From NCBI GenBank assembly GCA_024276995.1, contig JAJRWB010000050.1:80359-144358 (forward strand): a stretch of 64,000 nucleotides of DNA. The letters are read 5' to 3'. This stretch comes from Candidatus Eiseniibacteriota bacterium (GTDB lineage Bacteria; Orphanbacterota; Orphanbacteria; Orphanbacterales; Orphanbacteraceae). This document shows, piece by piece, positions 44,304-54,595 of this stretch. Position 1 is the stretch's first letter, and the number at the start of each line of letters is the position of its first letter. The translations under genes and the position numbers were made by a program. Below the pieces are notes generated by a model. The model saw only the letters and a list, made by a program, of their open reading frames with translations. It was not told the DNA's origin and made no database searches.

Positions 44304-45378
44304 TCGGAAGAGAGTGCATTCTCCCGCCGGGCGGAAGGATGCGGATACGGCCGACGCGGCCCGTCACCGATTCGAGGAGCGTCGCGCGTTTCTGAAGCGC
44401 GCCGGCGTTGCCGCCGTCCTCGCGGCAGGATCGACGTGGCCGGCGCTCGCTCCACCCGGATGGATCTTCTCGCTCCGCGATCCGGACGGAAAACGGGGGG
44501 CACCGAAAGAGAAGACCTTCCGCCTCCCCGAGGGGGGGTTCATCGTCGAGAAGCCGGCGACGGCGGCTGATCTGGGCGTGGCGCGCGGAACGGACATTCG
44601 CGCCATGATCCGCTCCGCGGTGGACGGCATCGGCGGTATCGCCCATTACATTCGAAAGGGCGACATCGTCGTGGTGAAGCCGAATGTCGCATTCGAACGG
44701 CCGGCGCTTCTCGGGGCGACGACGAATCCGGAAGTGCTCGCCGAACTGATCCGTCTCGTGAAGGAGGCGGGAGCCTCCGAGGTTCGCGTAGCGGACAATC
44801 CGATCGAGACGCCGGAGAACTGCTTCGCCCGGAGCGGCATCCGTGAGGCGGCCCTCGCGGCGGGCGCGAAGGTCTACCTTCCCTCACCCGCCGACTTTCA
44901 AGTTCTCAACGTGCCGGGCGCCGCGCTCATCGAGAAATGGCCCTTCTTCCGGCGGCCGTTCAAGGACGCCGCCAAGGTGATCGGCGTGGCGCCGGTGAAG
45001 GATCACAACCTGTGCGGCGCCTCGATGACGACGAAGAACTGGTACGGTCTTCTCGGCGGACGACGCAACCAATTCCATCAGAAAATCGATACGATCATCG
45101 CCGACCTGGCGCTCATGCTCCGGCCGACATTCGTTCTTCTCGACGGGACACGCGTCCTCTTCCGGAGCGGACCGACGGGCGGTTCTCTCTCGGACGTGCG
45201 CCCCGGCCGGACGGTTGTCGCCGCCGTGGACTCTCTCGCCGCGGATGCGTTCGGCTGGGAGGATCTTCTCCGCCGCGATCCCGGCCGGCTCCCCCGCTAC
45301 TTCGCCGAAACGGCGAAGCGCGGCCTCGGCAATCCGAATTGGCGGGAGACGGTAATCCGGGAGACGAGAATCGGATGA
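44293..45378 (+). CDS. DUF362-family protein with twin-arginine (Tat) signal
   Basis: Internal [28 protein letters not shown] (Tat motif) and a DUF362-like core ([14 protein letters not shown]..). The upstream part of track ORF 44107..45378 is junk. Confidence 0.65.
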
Positions 45379-47123
45379 GCGACGTGGGGAAAATGGGAAG
45401 GCCCTCCGGCCTCTTCCGGCCGAACCGGGACGGTACGCCGTGGTACGCCCGGGTTCTCCGGATCACCACGACGCGCATCGTCGCCCAAACGTTCTTCTTC
45501 ACGTTGTTCGTTTTTCTCCTTTGGGTCACGTGGTTCAGCCGGATGGGCGGCTATCCCGTTTCCCTCTTTCTCGAAATCGATCCTCTCGTCGGTATCGCCA
45601 CCGCCCTTTCGACGCACACCGTCTACCGTTGGCTTTGGCGGGGCCTATGGGTGCTCGTACCGACGCTCGTCGTCGGCCGCGTCTTCTGTAACTGGGTCTG
45701 CCCCTACGGCACGCTTCACCACTTCTTCGCATGGGTCTTCAATATCCGCGGCAACAGGAACAATATCGACAAGAACCGGTATCGGGACGCGCAGCAGATC
45801 AAGTACATCATCCTGGCGATCTTCCTGGTGCTCGCCCTGTTCGGCTCGCTCCAGATCGGCCTGCTCGACCCGATCTCCCTTCTCGTGAGAAGTATGACCA
45901 CGACCATCGCGCCCGCCGCCGACCTCGCACTCATCTCGCTCCCAGGGGCTCTCGCCGATACGGGACTTCGCGTGCCGAGCCTCACGTTCCTCTCCTCGTC
46001 CCCCGGCGCGGCGGAGCAGCGGGTCTTCGCCGGCGCATGGTTCATCGGACTGACAATCATCGGACTCGTCGGGATGAACCTGGTGATTCCCCGTTTCTTC
46101 TGCCGCGTGCTCTGTCCCCTCGGCGCGCTTCTAGGCGTGCTCTCGCGATTCTCCCTCTGGCGAATCGACCGGGATATCACGAAGTGCACCGATTGCGATC
46201 TATGCCTCAAGCACTGCGAGGGGGCTTCCGATCCGCAGGGCGCCCTTCGCAAGAGCGAGTGTTTCGTCTGCTTCAACTGCATCGACGACTGCCCCGAAGA
46301 CGCCCTCTCGTTCCGCGCTTCGCCGCTCCCCGCGACGGATCGGATCCGCGGTTCGCTCCGAGATGGAAGGGCGACGCTTTTCGGGAAAAAAGTGATCAGC
46401 CGCAACGCCGAGACCGTTGTCCGCCATGTCGACCTCCCCCGGCGGCGCTGGCTCTTCTCCGCCATGGCGGGCGTGCTCGCCTACCCCTTTCTCAGGCTCT
46501 CGCGCGCCGTGAACAAGCGCGGTTACAGTGAAAAGGCGATCCGGCCTCCCGGGACGGTGGAGGAGAGCGAGTTTCTCGAACGGTGCATCAAGTGCGATCA
46601 GTGTATCAACGTCTGCCCCACCAACGTGCTTCAACCCTCGCTGCTCGCCGAGGCGGGCCTCGAAGGCTTCTGGGCACCGGTGATGGACTTCAGCGTCGGC
46701 TTCTGCCAGTACAACTGCGTTCTCTGCTCCGAGGTGTGCCCCACCGGCGCGATACGCACGATCACGACGGACGAGAAACTCGGCAGTGGAAGGTTCGCCG
46801 GAAACGGACCGATCCGCGTGGGAACCGCGTTCTTCAACCGGGGCCGATGCCTTCCCTGGGCGATGGAAACGCCGTGCGTCGTGTGCGAGGAAGTGTGTCC
46901 CGTCAGTCCGAAAGCGATCGAAACGTACCGCGAACAGGCCGTCCGCTCGGACGGCTCGAAGGTGATTCTCAACAAGCCGTATATCCGTCCCGAGCTTTGC
47001 ATCGGCTGCGGGATCTGTGAACATGAGTGCCCGGTGATGGACGACGCCGCCGTTTACGTCACCGTGGCGGGTGAAACACGATCGAAGGAACGATCGCTCC
47101 TTCTCCTGCAAGGGGAAGGGTGA
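45375..47123 (+). CDS. NapH/MauN-type membrane polyferredoxin (two CxxxCP membrane motifs plus multiple 4Fe-4S clusters)
   Basis: ATG overlaps the DUF362 stop (ATGA). Motifs [12 protein letters not shown] and [12 protein letters not shown], then [53 protein letters not shown] and [12 protein letters not shown]. Confidence 0.75.
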   Translation: MSDVGKMGRPSGLFRPNRDGTPWYARVLRITTTRIVAQTFFFTLFVFLLWVTWFSRMGGYPVSLFLEIDPLVGIATALSTHTVYRWLWRGLWVLVPTLVVGRVFCNWVCPYGTLHHFFAWVFNIRGNRNNIDKNRYRDAQQIKYIILAIFLVLALFGSLQIGLLDPISLLVRSMTTTIAPAADLALISLPGALADTGLRVPSLTFLSSSPGAAEQRVFAGAWFIGLTIIGLVGMNLVIPRFFCRVLCPLGALLGVLSRFSLWRIDRDITKCTDCDLCLKHCEGASDPQGALRKSECFVCFNCIDDCPEDALSFRASPLPATDRIRGSLRDGRATLFGKKVISRNAETVVRHVDLPRRRWLFSAMAGVLAYPFLRLSRAVNKRGYSEKAIRPPGTVEESEFLERCIKCDQCINVCPTNVLQPSLLAEAGLEGFWAPVMDFSVGFCQYNCVLCSEVCPTGAIRTITTDEKLGSGRFAGNGPIRVGTAFFNRGRCLPWAMETPCVVCEEVCPVSPKAIETYREQAVRSDGSKVILNKPYIRPELCIGCGICEHECPVMDDAAVYVTVAGETRSKERSLLLLQGEG

Positions 47124-47163
47124 TCATGAAGCCGCGGAGAACGCCGCGGGGAAGGGGAGGCTC

Positions 47164-48369
47164 GTGAGGAAAGCGGACAAGAAGATCAGCCGCCGGGAGA
47201 TGTTGAAGCTGAGCGCCGCCGCCGGGGCGATGGCGGCGACATCGGGTGTTCTCGGGGCGGAAAAGCTCTTCGCCGGGGAGGAGGAGGGTCTTCCGCAGAT
47301 CCCGCGGCGCGTGCTCGGGAAGACGGGCAGCACCATTCCGATTCTCCTGTTCGGGGCGGCCGTCCAGCTCGACCCCGATTTCGATCCGAAAATCGCCGAA
47401 GGTCTCCGCTACGGCTTGAACTACATCGACGCGGCCGATTGCTACGGCGGGGCGACGTGCGAAATGGCGGTGGGAAACCTGGTCGCGAAGCTCGATGCCC
47501 GCGAGGACGTGTGGATCACGAGCAAGAGCGACCGACACGATCCGAAAGGCCTCGAAAAGACGCTTCAGCGCGGGCTGGAACACCTGCAGACCGATTACGT
47601 CGATCTTTACTTCATGCACAACTTGAAGGAGGCGAAGTACCTGAGCGACGACATGCGGAGGATGGCGGAGAAATTGAAGAAGGAAGGAAAGATCCGCTAT
47701 TTCGGATTCTCCACCCACGCGCCGGCGTGCGCCCAGCTTCTCACCGCGGCGGCGGAAGCGGGCTGGATCGACGCGATCATGTTCCGGTACAACTTCCGCA
47801 TATACGGCGAGAAGGAGCTGAACGACGCCATGGACGAGTGCGTGAAAGCGGGTGTCGGCCTGATCGCCATGAAGACGCAAGGTTCGGAAGCATCGTTCCG
47901 TGACGCGTGGAGGAAGTACACGAGCGAGGGAAGGTGGACGAAACACCAGGCGGTGCTGAAGGCGGTCTGGGCGGACAGCCGGATCACGGCGGCCGTCTCC
48001 TCGATGGAATCGTTCACCCAGCTGAGAGAGAACATCGCCGCCGCCGTCGACCGGGAGGAACTCGGCCGGGCGGACTGGGAGGCGATCGAGCGATACGCCG
48101 CGGAGACGCGGCGGTACGCGTGCGACGGATGCGACCATATCTGCAACGCCGCGGTGGACGCACCGGTGAGAATCGGCGACACGATGCGTTTCTTGATGTA
48201 CCACGAGGTCTACGGCGAGCGGGAAAAGGCGAAGCGGCTTTTCGCCGGACTTCCCGGTGAGGCGAAACGGCTGCGCGGCGTCGACTTCAGCGGCGCCGAT
48301 TCCGCCTGTCCCCACGGAGTCGACGTGGCGGCGCACATGGCCCGATCGGCGGAGGTGTTCAACGCGTAG
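47164..48369 (+). CDS. aldo/keto reductase with Tat signal peptide
   Basis: GTG 47164 with GGAGG RBS gives VRKADKKISRREMLKLSAAAGAMAATSGVLGA (Tat). AKR motifs are present (YIDAADCYGG, DYVDLYFMHN). The C-terminal Cys cluster CDGCDHIC..ACPHG suggests an extra Fe-S/metal site. Confidence 0.75.
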   Translation: MRKADKKISRREMLKLSAAAGAMAATSGVLGAEKLFAGEEEGLPQIPRRVLGKTGSTIPILLFGAAVQLDPDFDPKIAEGLRYGLNYIDAADCYGGATCEMAVGNLVAKLDAREDVWITSKSDRHDPKGLEKTLQRGLEHLQTDYVDLYFMHNLKEAKYLSDDMRRMAEKLKKEGKIRYFGFSTHAPACAQLLTAAAEAGWIDAIMFRYNFRIYGEKELNDAMDECVKAGVGLIAMKTQGSEASFRDAWRKYTSEGRWTKHQAVLKAVWADSRITAAVSSMESFTQLRENIAAAVDREELGRADWEAIERYAAETRRYACDGCDHICNAAVDAPVRIGDTMRFLMYHEVYGEREKAKRLFAGLPGEAKRLRGVDFSGADSACPHGVDVAAHMARSAEVFNA

Positions 48370-48494
48370 GACTTCCGGCCGTCATCGAGACACTGTGGGA
48401 GGAGCGGGAGAATTTCTCCGACTCTTGGCGCTCGGATTTCGCATGAAGGGGAAGGCGCCCGCCGATCTCATTCGCGTAGCGCGCCGCCCCATGA

Positions 48495-51400
48495 TCACCT
48501 CAGGAGCGTGAGCCGCTTCGTCACTTCCTCGCCGCCGGCGCGCACCCTGAGGAAATAGATTCCCGTGGCCGCATCGCGGCGGTTGGCGGTTTCGCCGTTC
48601 CACCGCAACGTGTGCGGGCCGGCATCGAGCGGTCCGTCGTGAAGCACCCGGACGAGGGCGCCGCGGATGTCGAAGATCTCGACGGTCGCGCGATCGTTTC
48701 GGGGGAGGGCGAAATCGATGGTGACGAGCGCGTTGAACGGGTTCGGCCTGACGGCGCTCACCATGAGGCGGGACGGAATGTCCGCGGGAACGAGTGACGT
48801 GTTATCCAGCTGTGGGCGCCACGTTCCGTTTTTCGTATCGAGAAGTTCCACGGCGATCGGGCGGAAATCGACCCGGCCGGTCTTCGCCGCCGGGGCGATA
48901 CCGCCCAGGCGGAAGAGGGCGAGTTCGGTCCTGCCGCGCGGATCGTCATCGTACCAGAAAAGAGAGAGCCGGCCGGGCGAGTCGCCTTCCAGGTTCAGCA
49001 TGGTGGACGAGCGATCGATGGGAACGGCGAGGGCGTCGGCGACCGTGCCGTGAAGGCGCAGCGCCCGGAACGGTTCCTCCGACCGGAGAGCGATCACGGC
49101 GGCGCCGTCACCGGTGAGGAAGAACGAAACGGTCGGACCGTCCCCGGACCGGGCGATCTCCCCCTCGGCGAGCTCGCCGCCGAGAAAGACGAGATCGGCC
49201 ACGGTGATCCTTCCATCGCCGTTCGCGTCGGCGCCGAGGCTCTCCGCCGCAGCGGGCGAGGCGAGACCGAGAAGCACATCGAGAAGAGAACCCGCGTCGT
49301 CGAGACCGGCGGCGCAATCCCAGTTGTAATCGCCGGCGGGACGGGGCACCGGTGTAAAGCGTGGGAAGAGCCTGACGGGAGGACGACCCTCGCGGGGCGG
49401 GTCGATCTTCACTTCCACCGTCTCATCGTAGGCGACGCCGCACCGCCAGCTCGCCACGGAAGCGCTGATACGGATCGAATCGCCCCCCGCGAGGGTTCCG
49501 GAATCAGGCTCGAAAGCGACCCACGCCGGGGTGGGTTCGATCCACCAGTCGAGCGTATCCCTTCCCATGTTCCGGATGACGAACACGGAATCGGCGAAAG
49601 TGGTGTCCGTCCCGTTTCCGAAAGGAAGATCGGGCGAGCCGGCGGTCAGTTCGACTCCCGGTGCCACGTCCACTCCGAATGTTCTCGTGGGTGACGGATC
49701 GCCGGAACCGCACTTGTTCATCGATGAAACTCTCCAGAAATACTGATCGTCGAAATCGATCTCTCCGATGGAAATGATCGTGTCGGCCATGAGCGTGTCG
49801 ATCACGATTTCGGCGAAGGCGCTATCCCGGGCGACAAGCAGGGTGTAGCCGGTGGCTTCCGTTTCGCGTGACCAGGAGAATATCACGGGCAGATCGAGGC
49901 CGGATGCCTCATCATCCGGCTGCAGGAGGGCCGGCGCCGGGCGGGGGGCCATGATCGATCCCTGAACCTGGCACGCCCCCACGGTTTCGCCGCACGTGTT
50001 CACCGAAGCGACGCGGTAGAGATACGAACGTGCGATCTCCACTTCCATATCATTCCAGCTGTTCTCCCCGAGCGCGGGACCGACGGCGGCTCGAAGCTCG
50101 AACGATCCCGAGGACTGGGAGAGTTTCCTGTAGATCTTGAACTGTGAAATCCCCTCATCCACACCGGCCGCGGGCATATTCCACGTGACGGTGATCCTGT
50201 CGCAAAGATCCGACGACGCGGAGCAGCCCTCCGGGGCGGACGGGAGCGGCGGACGAGCACCACTGACCGTGCACATCGCCGCCGATACGTAGCATCCGTT
50301 CCCCGCTTCGATGGCGTACGACGACGTATCGCCGTACGCGATCTGCGTATCGATCCATTCGGTCACACCGGCGCCGACCGAGTCGAGCACGATTCCCTCG
50401 GGCAGGCTGTAGATCCGGAACCATTCCACGTCCGATCCACCGGTGACCGGAGGCGACCAGGAGAGATAGACGCCCCCGCACGAATCGGAAGACGCGGTGC
50501 ACAAGCTGTCGGGTAGGGATCCCACGGGCCCGGGAATCCGCGCCGTCACGGTGCACGCCTCCGCCGACCACCCGCAGCTGTTCAGGGCGTAGATGAGATA
50601 GCGGTAGTCGACGCCGTCCTGGGGCGGAGCGTCCGACGTGGAGAGAACGCCTTGCCCCACCGAATCGATGCGAACCAGACCGTCGCGAAGGACGACATAT
50701 CCTTCGGTGGCCGTGGGCGAGGCAGCCCAGGTGATTCTCAGCGTATCGCAGTCGATCACCTCTACGGTACAGCTCTCCGGCGGAGAGGGGATCGAGCCGA
50801 CGGTGCGGCCGGTATCGATCACGCCCGCCGATTCTTCGCAGTTGAACGCTCGTAATGTATAAATGAGTTCCGTGTCGGTGGGAACGTCGGTGTACTGAAA
50901 CACATCCGGACCGACCTCGGTGACCACCGGCGGTGCGCCGCGGGTGATCCTGTAACCGTCCACGATTCCTCCCGCGACGGGCGGCCCCCAGGTAAGCACC
51001 ACCTCACCACACCCCTCTTTCGTAGCGGAGAAGAGAGTCGGAGGCCCGGGAGCGGTGAGCGCCCGCCCCGAGTCGGAGCACGACCCGATGGAACGACCGC
51101 ACTGGTTCCATGCAATCACCTCGTAGTTGTGCGTGACGTTGCTGTCGGCGCCAGCGTCGATCACCTGGTAGGGAGGGCTGACGAGCGTATCGATCGGCAC
51201 GCCGTCACGCTCTACCACGTAGAAATCGACGATACTCGGGTCGGTCGCCCCGCTCCAGGTCACCGTCACCCGGCCGCAGAAACTGTCCGACGCGGAGCAC
51301 GCCGTCGCGGTCGGCGGGAGACCGAAACGCCTTCCCGAATTCGACGCTCCGTTCAGCGAGTATCCGCACGTGCTCTTCGTGCGGAGCCAATAACTCGAGA

Positions 51401-53387
51401 TCACCATCGAATCGACAAGGGAGTCGACGAACACCGTGGGGCTCCCCTTCGCCACCACCCCGATCGAGTCACCCTCCCTGTAGATGATGTACTCCTGGAA
51501 GGCGCCCGCCGTGGTGTCCCAGCTGAGACTCACGAAGGAGCAGAGCGAGTCGCTCGCGGTGATCGCCCCGGGCATGGGGGGCGCCTCTCCCATGACGCCC
51601 GAATCGGAACACGACGATATCGCCGCGCCGCAGCCGCTTCGGGATTGCACCGAGTAGAGATGGACCGAATCGACGGTGGCGAAGGAATCGCGGAACGAAT
51701 TGCCCGGATCGGCGACCGTGCCGATCGAATCGTCGTCCCTGAAGATCACATATTCATCGACGCTTCCCGATGCCGTGACCGGGATCCAGCTGACGAGCAC
51801 CTCCTGGCAGAGGTTGTCCGACGCGGTGCACGAGTCGACCGAAGGGGGAAGACCGATCCGCATGCCGGTATCGGTGGAGATGATGTTCGAGAGGCCGCAC
51901 GCGTTGCGCGTGCGCACCGTATAGGTATACACGACCTGTGAATCGACGACGTCGTCGTACCATTCCGTGGGTGCGGTCGGGCTCACGGTGCCGATGGAAT
52001 CGACGCCGCGATAGACGACATAGTAGTCGAATGAACCGGCCACCGCCTGCCACCGGACGAAGATATCGGCGCATCGATCATCACTGACAGGAAAGAGCGA
52101 CACATCCGGAGGCAACTCGATGCTGAAGCCGTTGTCGGGGATCGCCCACACCGTATCGCACGGCGTTATGGCGGCGACGTTGTACTCGTAGATCACCCCC
52201 GGCACGGCGAGGCTGTCGGCGTAAAACTCCGTGCCCGGAGGGAGAGAGTCGATGACGTCGCTGTCCCGGGTGAGGATGTAGTAGTTCCCCTCCGGCATGT
52301 TCGCAATCCACGACACGTTCACCGCGCCGCACGTGCTGTCCGAGGCGATCACCGATCCCGGCGCGGCCGGAGACTGGGGCGCGGTTCCGGTATCGATGTT
52401 GGACGGGCCGCTCGGGCCGCACGTGGAAACCGCCCAGACCCAGTAATCGTAGACAACTCCCGGAACGGCGAAGGTGTCGACAAAAGCGGGCCCCGCCGCA
52501 TCGACGACGATCGTATCGGTCGACACCGTCCCCGGATCGTACCGGCCGATGTAGTACGTGATTCCCCCGGCGGTCGAGCTGTCGCTCCAGCTCAGGGATA
52601 CGCCTCCGCACGCCGTGTCGCTCGCCGTGAAGTTGTAGGGCGGATAGAGACTGTCGCACGCGATCGTCATGTCGTCGATCATCCACCCTCGAAACCCGTT
52701 CCGCGCGCTGTCCACCGTGGCGAAGATGAAGCGAAACTGCATCCGTCCCCCGGCGGCGGAATTGACGATATACTTCTTTCGGATCCATACGCCGTCGGCG
52801 CTTAATCCGCCCGACGAATACGGGACCGCGGGATCGGTGGCCTCCGATTCGAGCGTGTCCACCAACACGTCGAGAAATGTGAAATTCCGCCCCCCGTCGG
52901 TGGAAAAATCGATGGTCATCAGGTCCTTCGAATAGAAACTGAAACCCTCCACTTCCCACCATGTCTGAAAGGAGAGGACCACGTCGGAATACGAATTCAT
53001 CGCCATGATCGGCGTGAAAAACGTGTCCGCCCTGGCGGCGAAGGAGAGTCCCCCATTCCCGGCGCTCTGCGCCGCCGGATCCCACGGGGCGACATATGTC
53101 CCCGTCGATTCTCCCGAGAGGGTGATATAGCCGTTTCCGCTGGGAGCGGGAGGCCAACTCGATGTGCCGGGAAAATTGACAAGGCTGTCCTTGACGGCGC
53201 CGATGACGAACACCGTGTCGGGCGCACGGGTCACGTGCCAGCCACCGAGCAGCATGAAAGACGGCGCGGTGACTCCCTCGAACGATTCGAAGAGGGGAAC
53301 TTCGAGGGTATCGTTTACAGCCCGGACTGGGGCGGCACTGAGAGCGACCGCGGCGAAGACGACGAGAAGACGTTTCAGTAGATCCAT
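48495..53387 (-). CDS. giant (1630 aa) secreted cell-surface protein: more than 10 tandem FN3/Ig-like repeats, dockerin-like Ca-binding loop, FlgD-Ig/T9SS-type C-terminal sorting domain
   Basis: Signal peptide MDLLKRLLVVFAAVALSAAPVRA. Repeats have the recurring pattern C..V.LSW......YY.V.R......D. The loop is DANGDGRITVADLVFL. The C-terminus RPNPFNALVTIDFALP..GIYFLRV..KRLTLLR is the same domain class as the two selenoproteins. Confidence 0.85.
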   Translation of the reverse strand: MDLLKRLLVVFAAVALSAAPVRAVNDTLEVPLFESFEGVTAPSFMLLGGWHVTRAPDTVFVIGAVKDSLVNFPGTSSWPPAPSGNGYITLSGESTGTYVAPWDPAAQSAGNGGLSFAARADTFFTPIMAMNSYSDVVLSFQTWWEVEGFSFYSKDLMTIDFSTDGGRNFTFLDVLVDTLESEATDPAVPYSSGGLSADGVWIRKKYIVNSAAGGRMQFRFIFATVDSARNGFRGWMIDDMTIACDSLYPPYNFTASDTACGGVSLSWSDSSTAGGITYYIGRYDPGTVSTDTIVVDAAGPAFVDTFAVPGVVYDYWVWAVSTCGPSGPSNIDTGTAPQSPAAPGSVIASDSTCGAVNVSWIANMPEGNYYILTRDSDVIDSLPPGTEFYADSLAVPGVIYEYNVAAITPCDTVWAIPDNGFSIELPPDVSLFPVSDDRCADIFVRWQAVAGSFDYYVVYRGVDSIGTVSPTAPTEWYDDVVDSQVVYTYTVRTRNACGLSNIISTDTGMRIGLPPSVDSCTASDNLCQEVLVSWIPVTASGSVDEYVIFRDDDSIGTVADPGNSFRDSFATVDSVHLYSVQSRSGCGAAISSCSDSGVMGEAPPMPGAITASDSLCSFVSLSWDTTAGAFQEYIIYREGDSIGVVAKGSPTVFVDSLVDSMVISSYWLRTKSTCGYSLNGASNSGRRFGLPPTATACSASDSFCGRVTVTWSGATDPSIVDFYVVERDGVPIDTLVSPPYQVIDAGADSNVTHNYEVIAWNQCGRSIGSCSDSGRALTAPGPPTLFSATKEGCGEVVLTWGPPVAGGIVDGYRITRGAPPVVTEVGPDVFQYTDVPTDTELIYTLRAFNCEESAGVIDTGRTVGSIPSPPESCTVEVIDCDTLRITWAASPTATEGYVVLRDGLVRIDSVGQGVLSTSDAPPQDGVDYRYLIYALNSCGWSAEACTVTARIPGPVGSLPDSLCTASSDSCGGVYLSWSPPVTGGSDVEWFRIYSLPEGIVLDSVGAGVTEWIDTQIAYGDTSSYAIEAGNGCYVSAAMCTVSGARPPLPSAPEGCSASSDLCDRITVTWNMPAAGVDEGISQFKIYRKLSQSSGSFELRAAVGPALGENSWNDMEVEIARSYLYRVASVNTCGETVGACQVQGSIMAPRPAPALLQPDDEASGLDLPVIFSWSRETEATGYTLLVARDSAFAEIVIDTLMADTIISIGEIDFDDQYFWRVSSMNKCGSGDPSPTRTFGVDVAPGVELTAGSPDLPFGNGTDTTFADSVFVIRNMGRDTLDWWIEPTPAWVAFEPDSGTLAGGDSIRISASVASWRCGVAYDETVEVKIDPPREGRPPVRLFPRFTPVPRPAGDYNWDCAAGLDDAGSLLDVLLGLASPAAAESLGADANGDGRITVADLVFLGGELAEGEIARSGDGPTVSFFLTGDGAAVIALRSEEPFRALRLHGTVADALAVPIDRSSTMLNLEGDSPGRLSLFWYDDDPRGRTELALFRLGGIAPAAKTGRVDFRPIAVELLDTKNGTWRPQLDNTSLVPADIPSRLMVSAVRPNPFNALVTIDFALPRNDRATVEIFDIRGALVRVLHDGPLDAGPHTLRWNGETANRRDAATGIYFLRVRAGGEEVTKRLTLLR

Positions 53388-54595
53388 TGGAGAGTCACCG
53401 CCGCGTCAAAGCCGCTCATGTCGACGGCGCCTTCCTCGGCGTTTCCGGTAAGATACGCGCCGTCGAGGGTGACGGTCGTCTTGTCGGCGATGTAGTAGAT
53501 CACTCCGGCGCCGAGATCGAGGAGGTTCGCCGATCCAAGAAGTCTTTGGGCCGGCTCCTCTCCCGGGAAGGCGAATTCACTGAAATGGGAGTAGCTCGTG
53601 AAAAGACGGATGTCGAAGCGATCGGAGAGTTCACGGCCGTAACGGACCATCGCCTGCTGCATCCCTCCCGGCAGTCCCTGCTGGAGGTACTCCTCGAGGG
53701 TCATCGTTTCGATGTCTCCCTCGCCCACACCCTCCACGTCGGTGCCCTTCCCCTTGACTACGAAAAAGAGCTGTCCGTCGAGCCGTTGCCGCTCCGCGAT
53801 CCGCAGGCCCGCCGATGCGAGAAACTCGACCTGGTCGCCCTCCTCGTAGATCACCTCACCGTTGCGCTCGTCTTTCGAAAAAAGCCTGTAGCGGAGATCG
53901 CCCTTCCATTCGAACCGGGCGCTTCCGGCGCCGAGAGCGCCGCTCACGCCGGCGGCGAAGAACGCCTCGTTGCCCGGCTTGATACGCACCGTCTCGTCGC
54001 CCTCCTCGCCCTTCAGGTAGTCGTACTCTCCCTTGTACTGGAAGCCGGCGCCCAGCGAAGCCGTAATACTTCTCGTCACAGTGAACGCCCTGGCGCCGCT
54101 CGCGAAAAGACCGGGGCCTTCGCCGAAACGCTTCAACCTCAGACCGAGAATCCTGTTCGCCACCACGCCGGTGACGACCACCTGATTCGCTTCGATCAGC
54201 GCTTTCCCCGTGGGAAGAGTCACGCCGCCGCCGATCCAGTAACGCCCCGAGTCGAAACGTTTCGAGCCGGAAAGCTCCACGTCGGTGAAACCGCTCAGGT
54301 CGGAATCGGTCAGGTCGCCGTTACTCGTCGCCGATCCACCGGAAAGATAGATCGAAACCTCCCCGTCCCGGCCGATCGGCTTGCGCACGAAGAGGGGAGA
54401 GACGAACTCGCTCACTTTCAAATCGGCCGAACCGGCCTTGCTGAGCGTGATGCTCCGCGTGGAAAAGGACGTCCTTCCGATCACGCCGGGCGGCGGCTCG
54501 AGAACCACCTCCGCCGCCCAAGAAAACGGGGGAAGAATCGCCGTTGCGGCAAGAATGAAAAAGACGAACGCCCGGGAAAATGAAATACCCTTCAT
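53375..54595 (-). CDS. outer-membrane beta-barrel protein (porin-like)
   Basis: Signal peptide MKGISFSRAFVFFILAATAILPPFSWA, amphipathic beta-strand periodicity, C-terminal aromatic (..TLQWIY). Overlaps neighbours by 4 and 13 nt (operon). Confidence 0.65.
   Translation of the reverse strand: MKGISFSRAFVFFILAATAILPPFSWAAEVVLEPPPGVIGRTSFSTRSITLSKAGSADLKVSEFVSPLFVRKPIGRDGEVSIYLSGGSATSNGDLTDSDLSGFTDVELSGSKRFDSGRYWIGGGVTLPTGKALIEANQVVVTGVVANRILGLRLKRFGEGPGLFASGARAFTVTRSITASLGAGFQYKGEYDYLKGEEGDETVRIKPGNEAFFAAGVSGALGAGSARFEWKGDLRYRLFSKDERNGEVIYEEGDQVEFLASAGLRIAERQRLDGQLFFVVKGKGTDVEGVGEGDIETMTLEEYLQQGLPGGMQQAMVRYGRELSDRFDIRLFTSYSHFSEFAFPGEEPAQRLLGSANLLDLGAGVIYYIADKTTVTLDGAYLTGNAEEGAVDMSGFDAAVTLQWIY

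Noticed and set aside
47059-48336. 425-aa minus ORF antisense to the aldo/keto reductase
   Set aside because: It is an antisense artefact.
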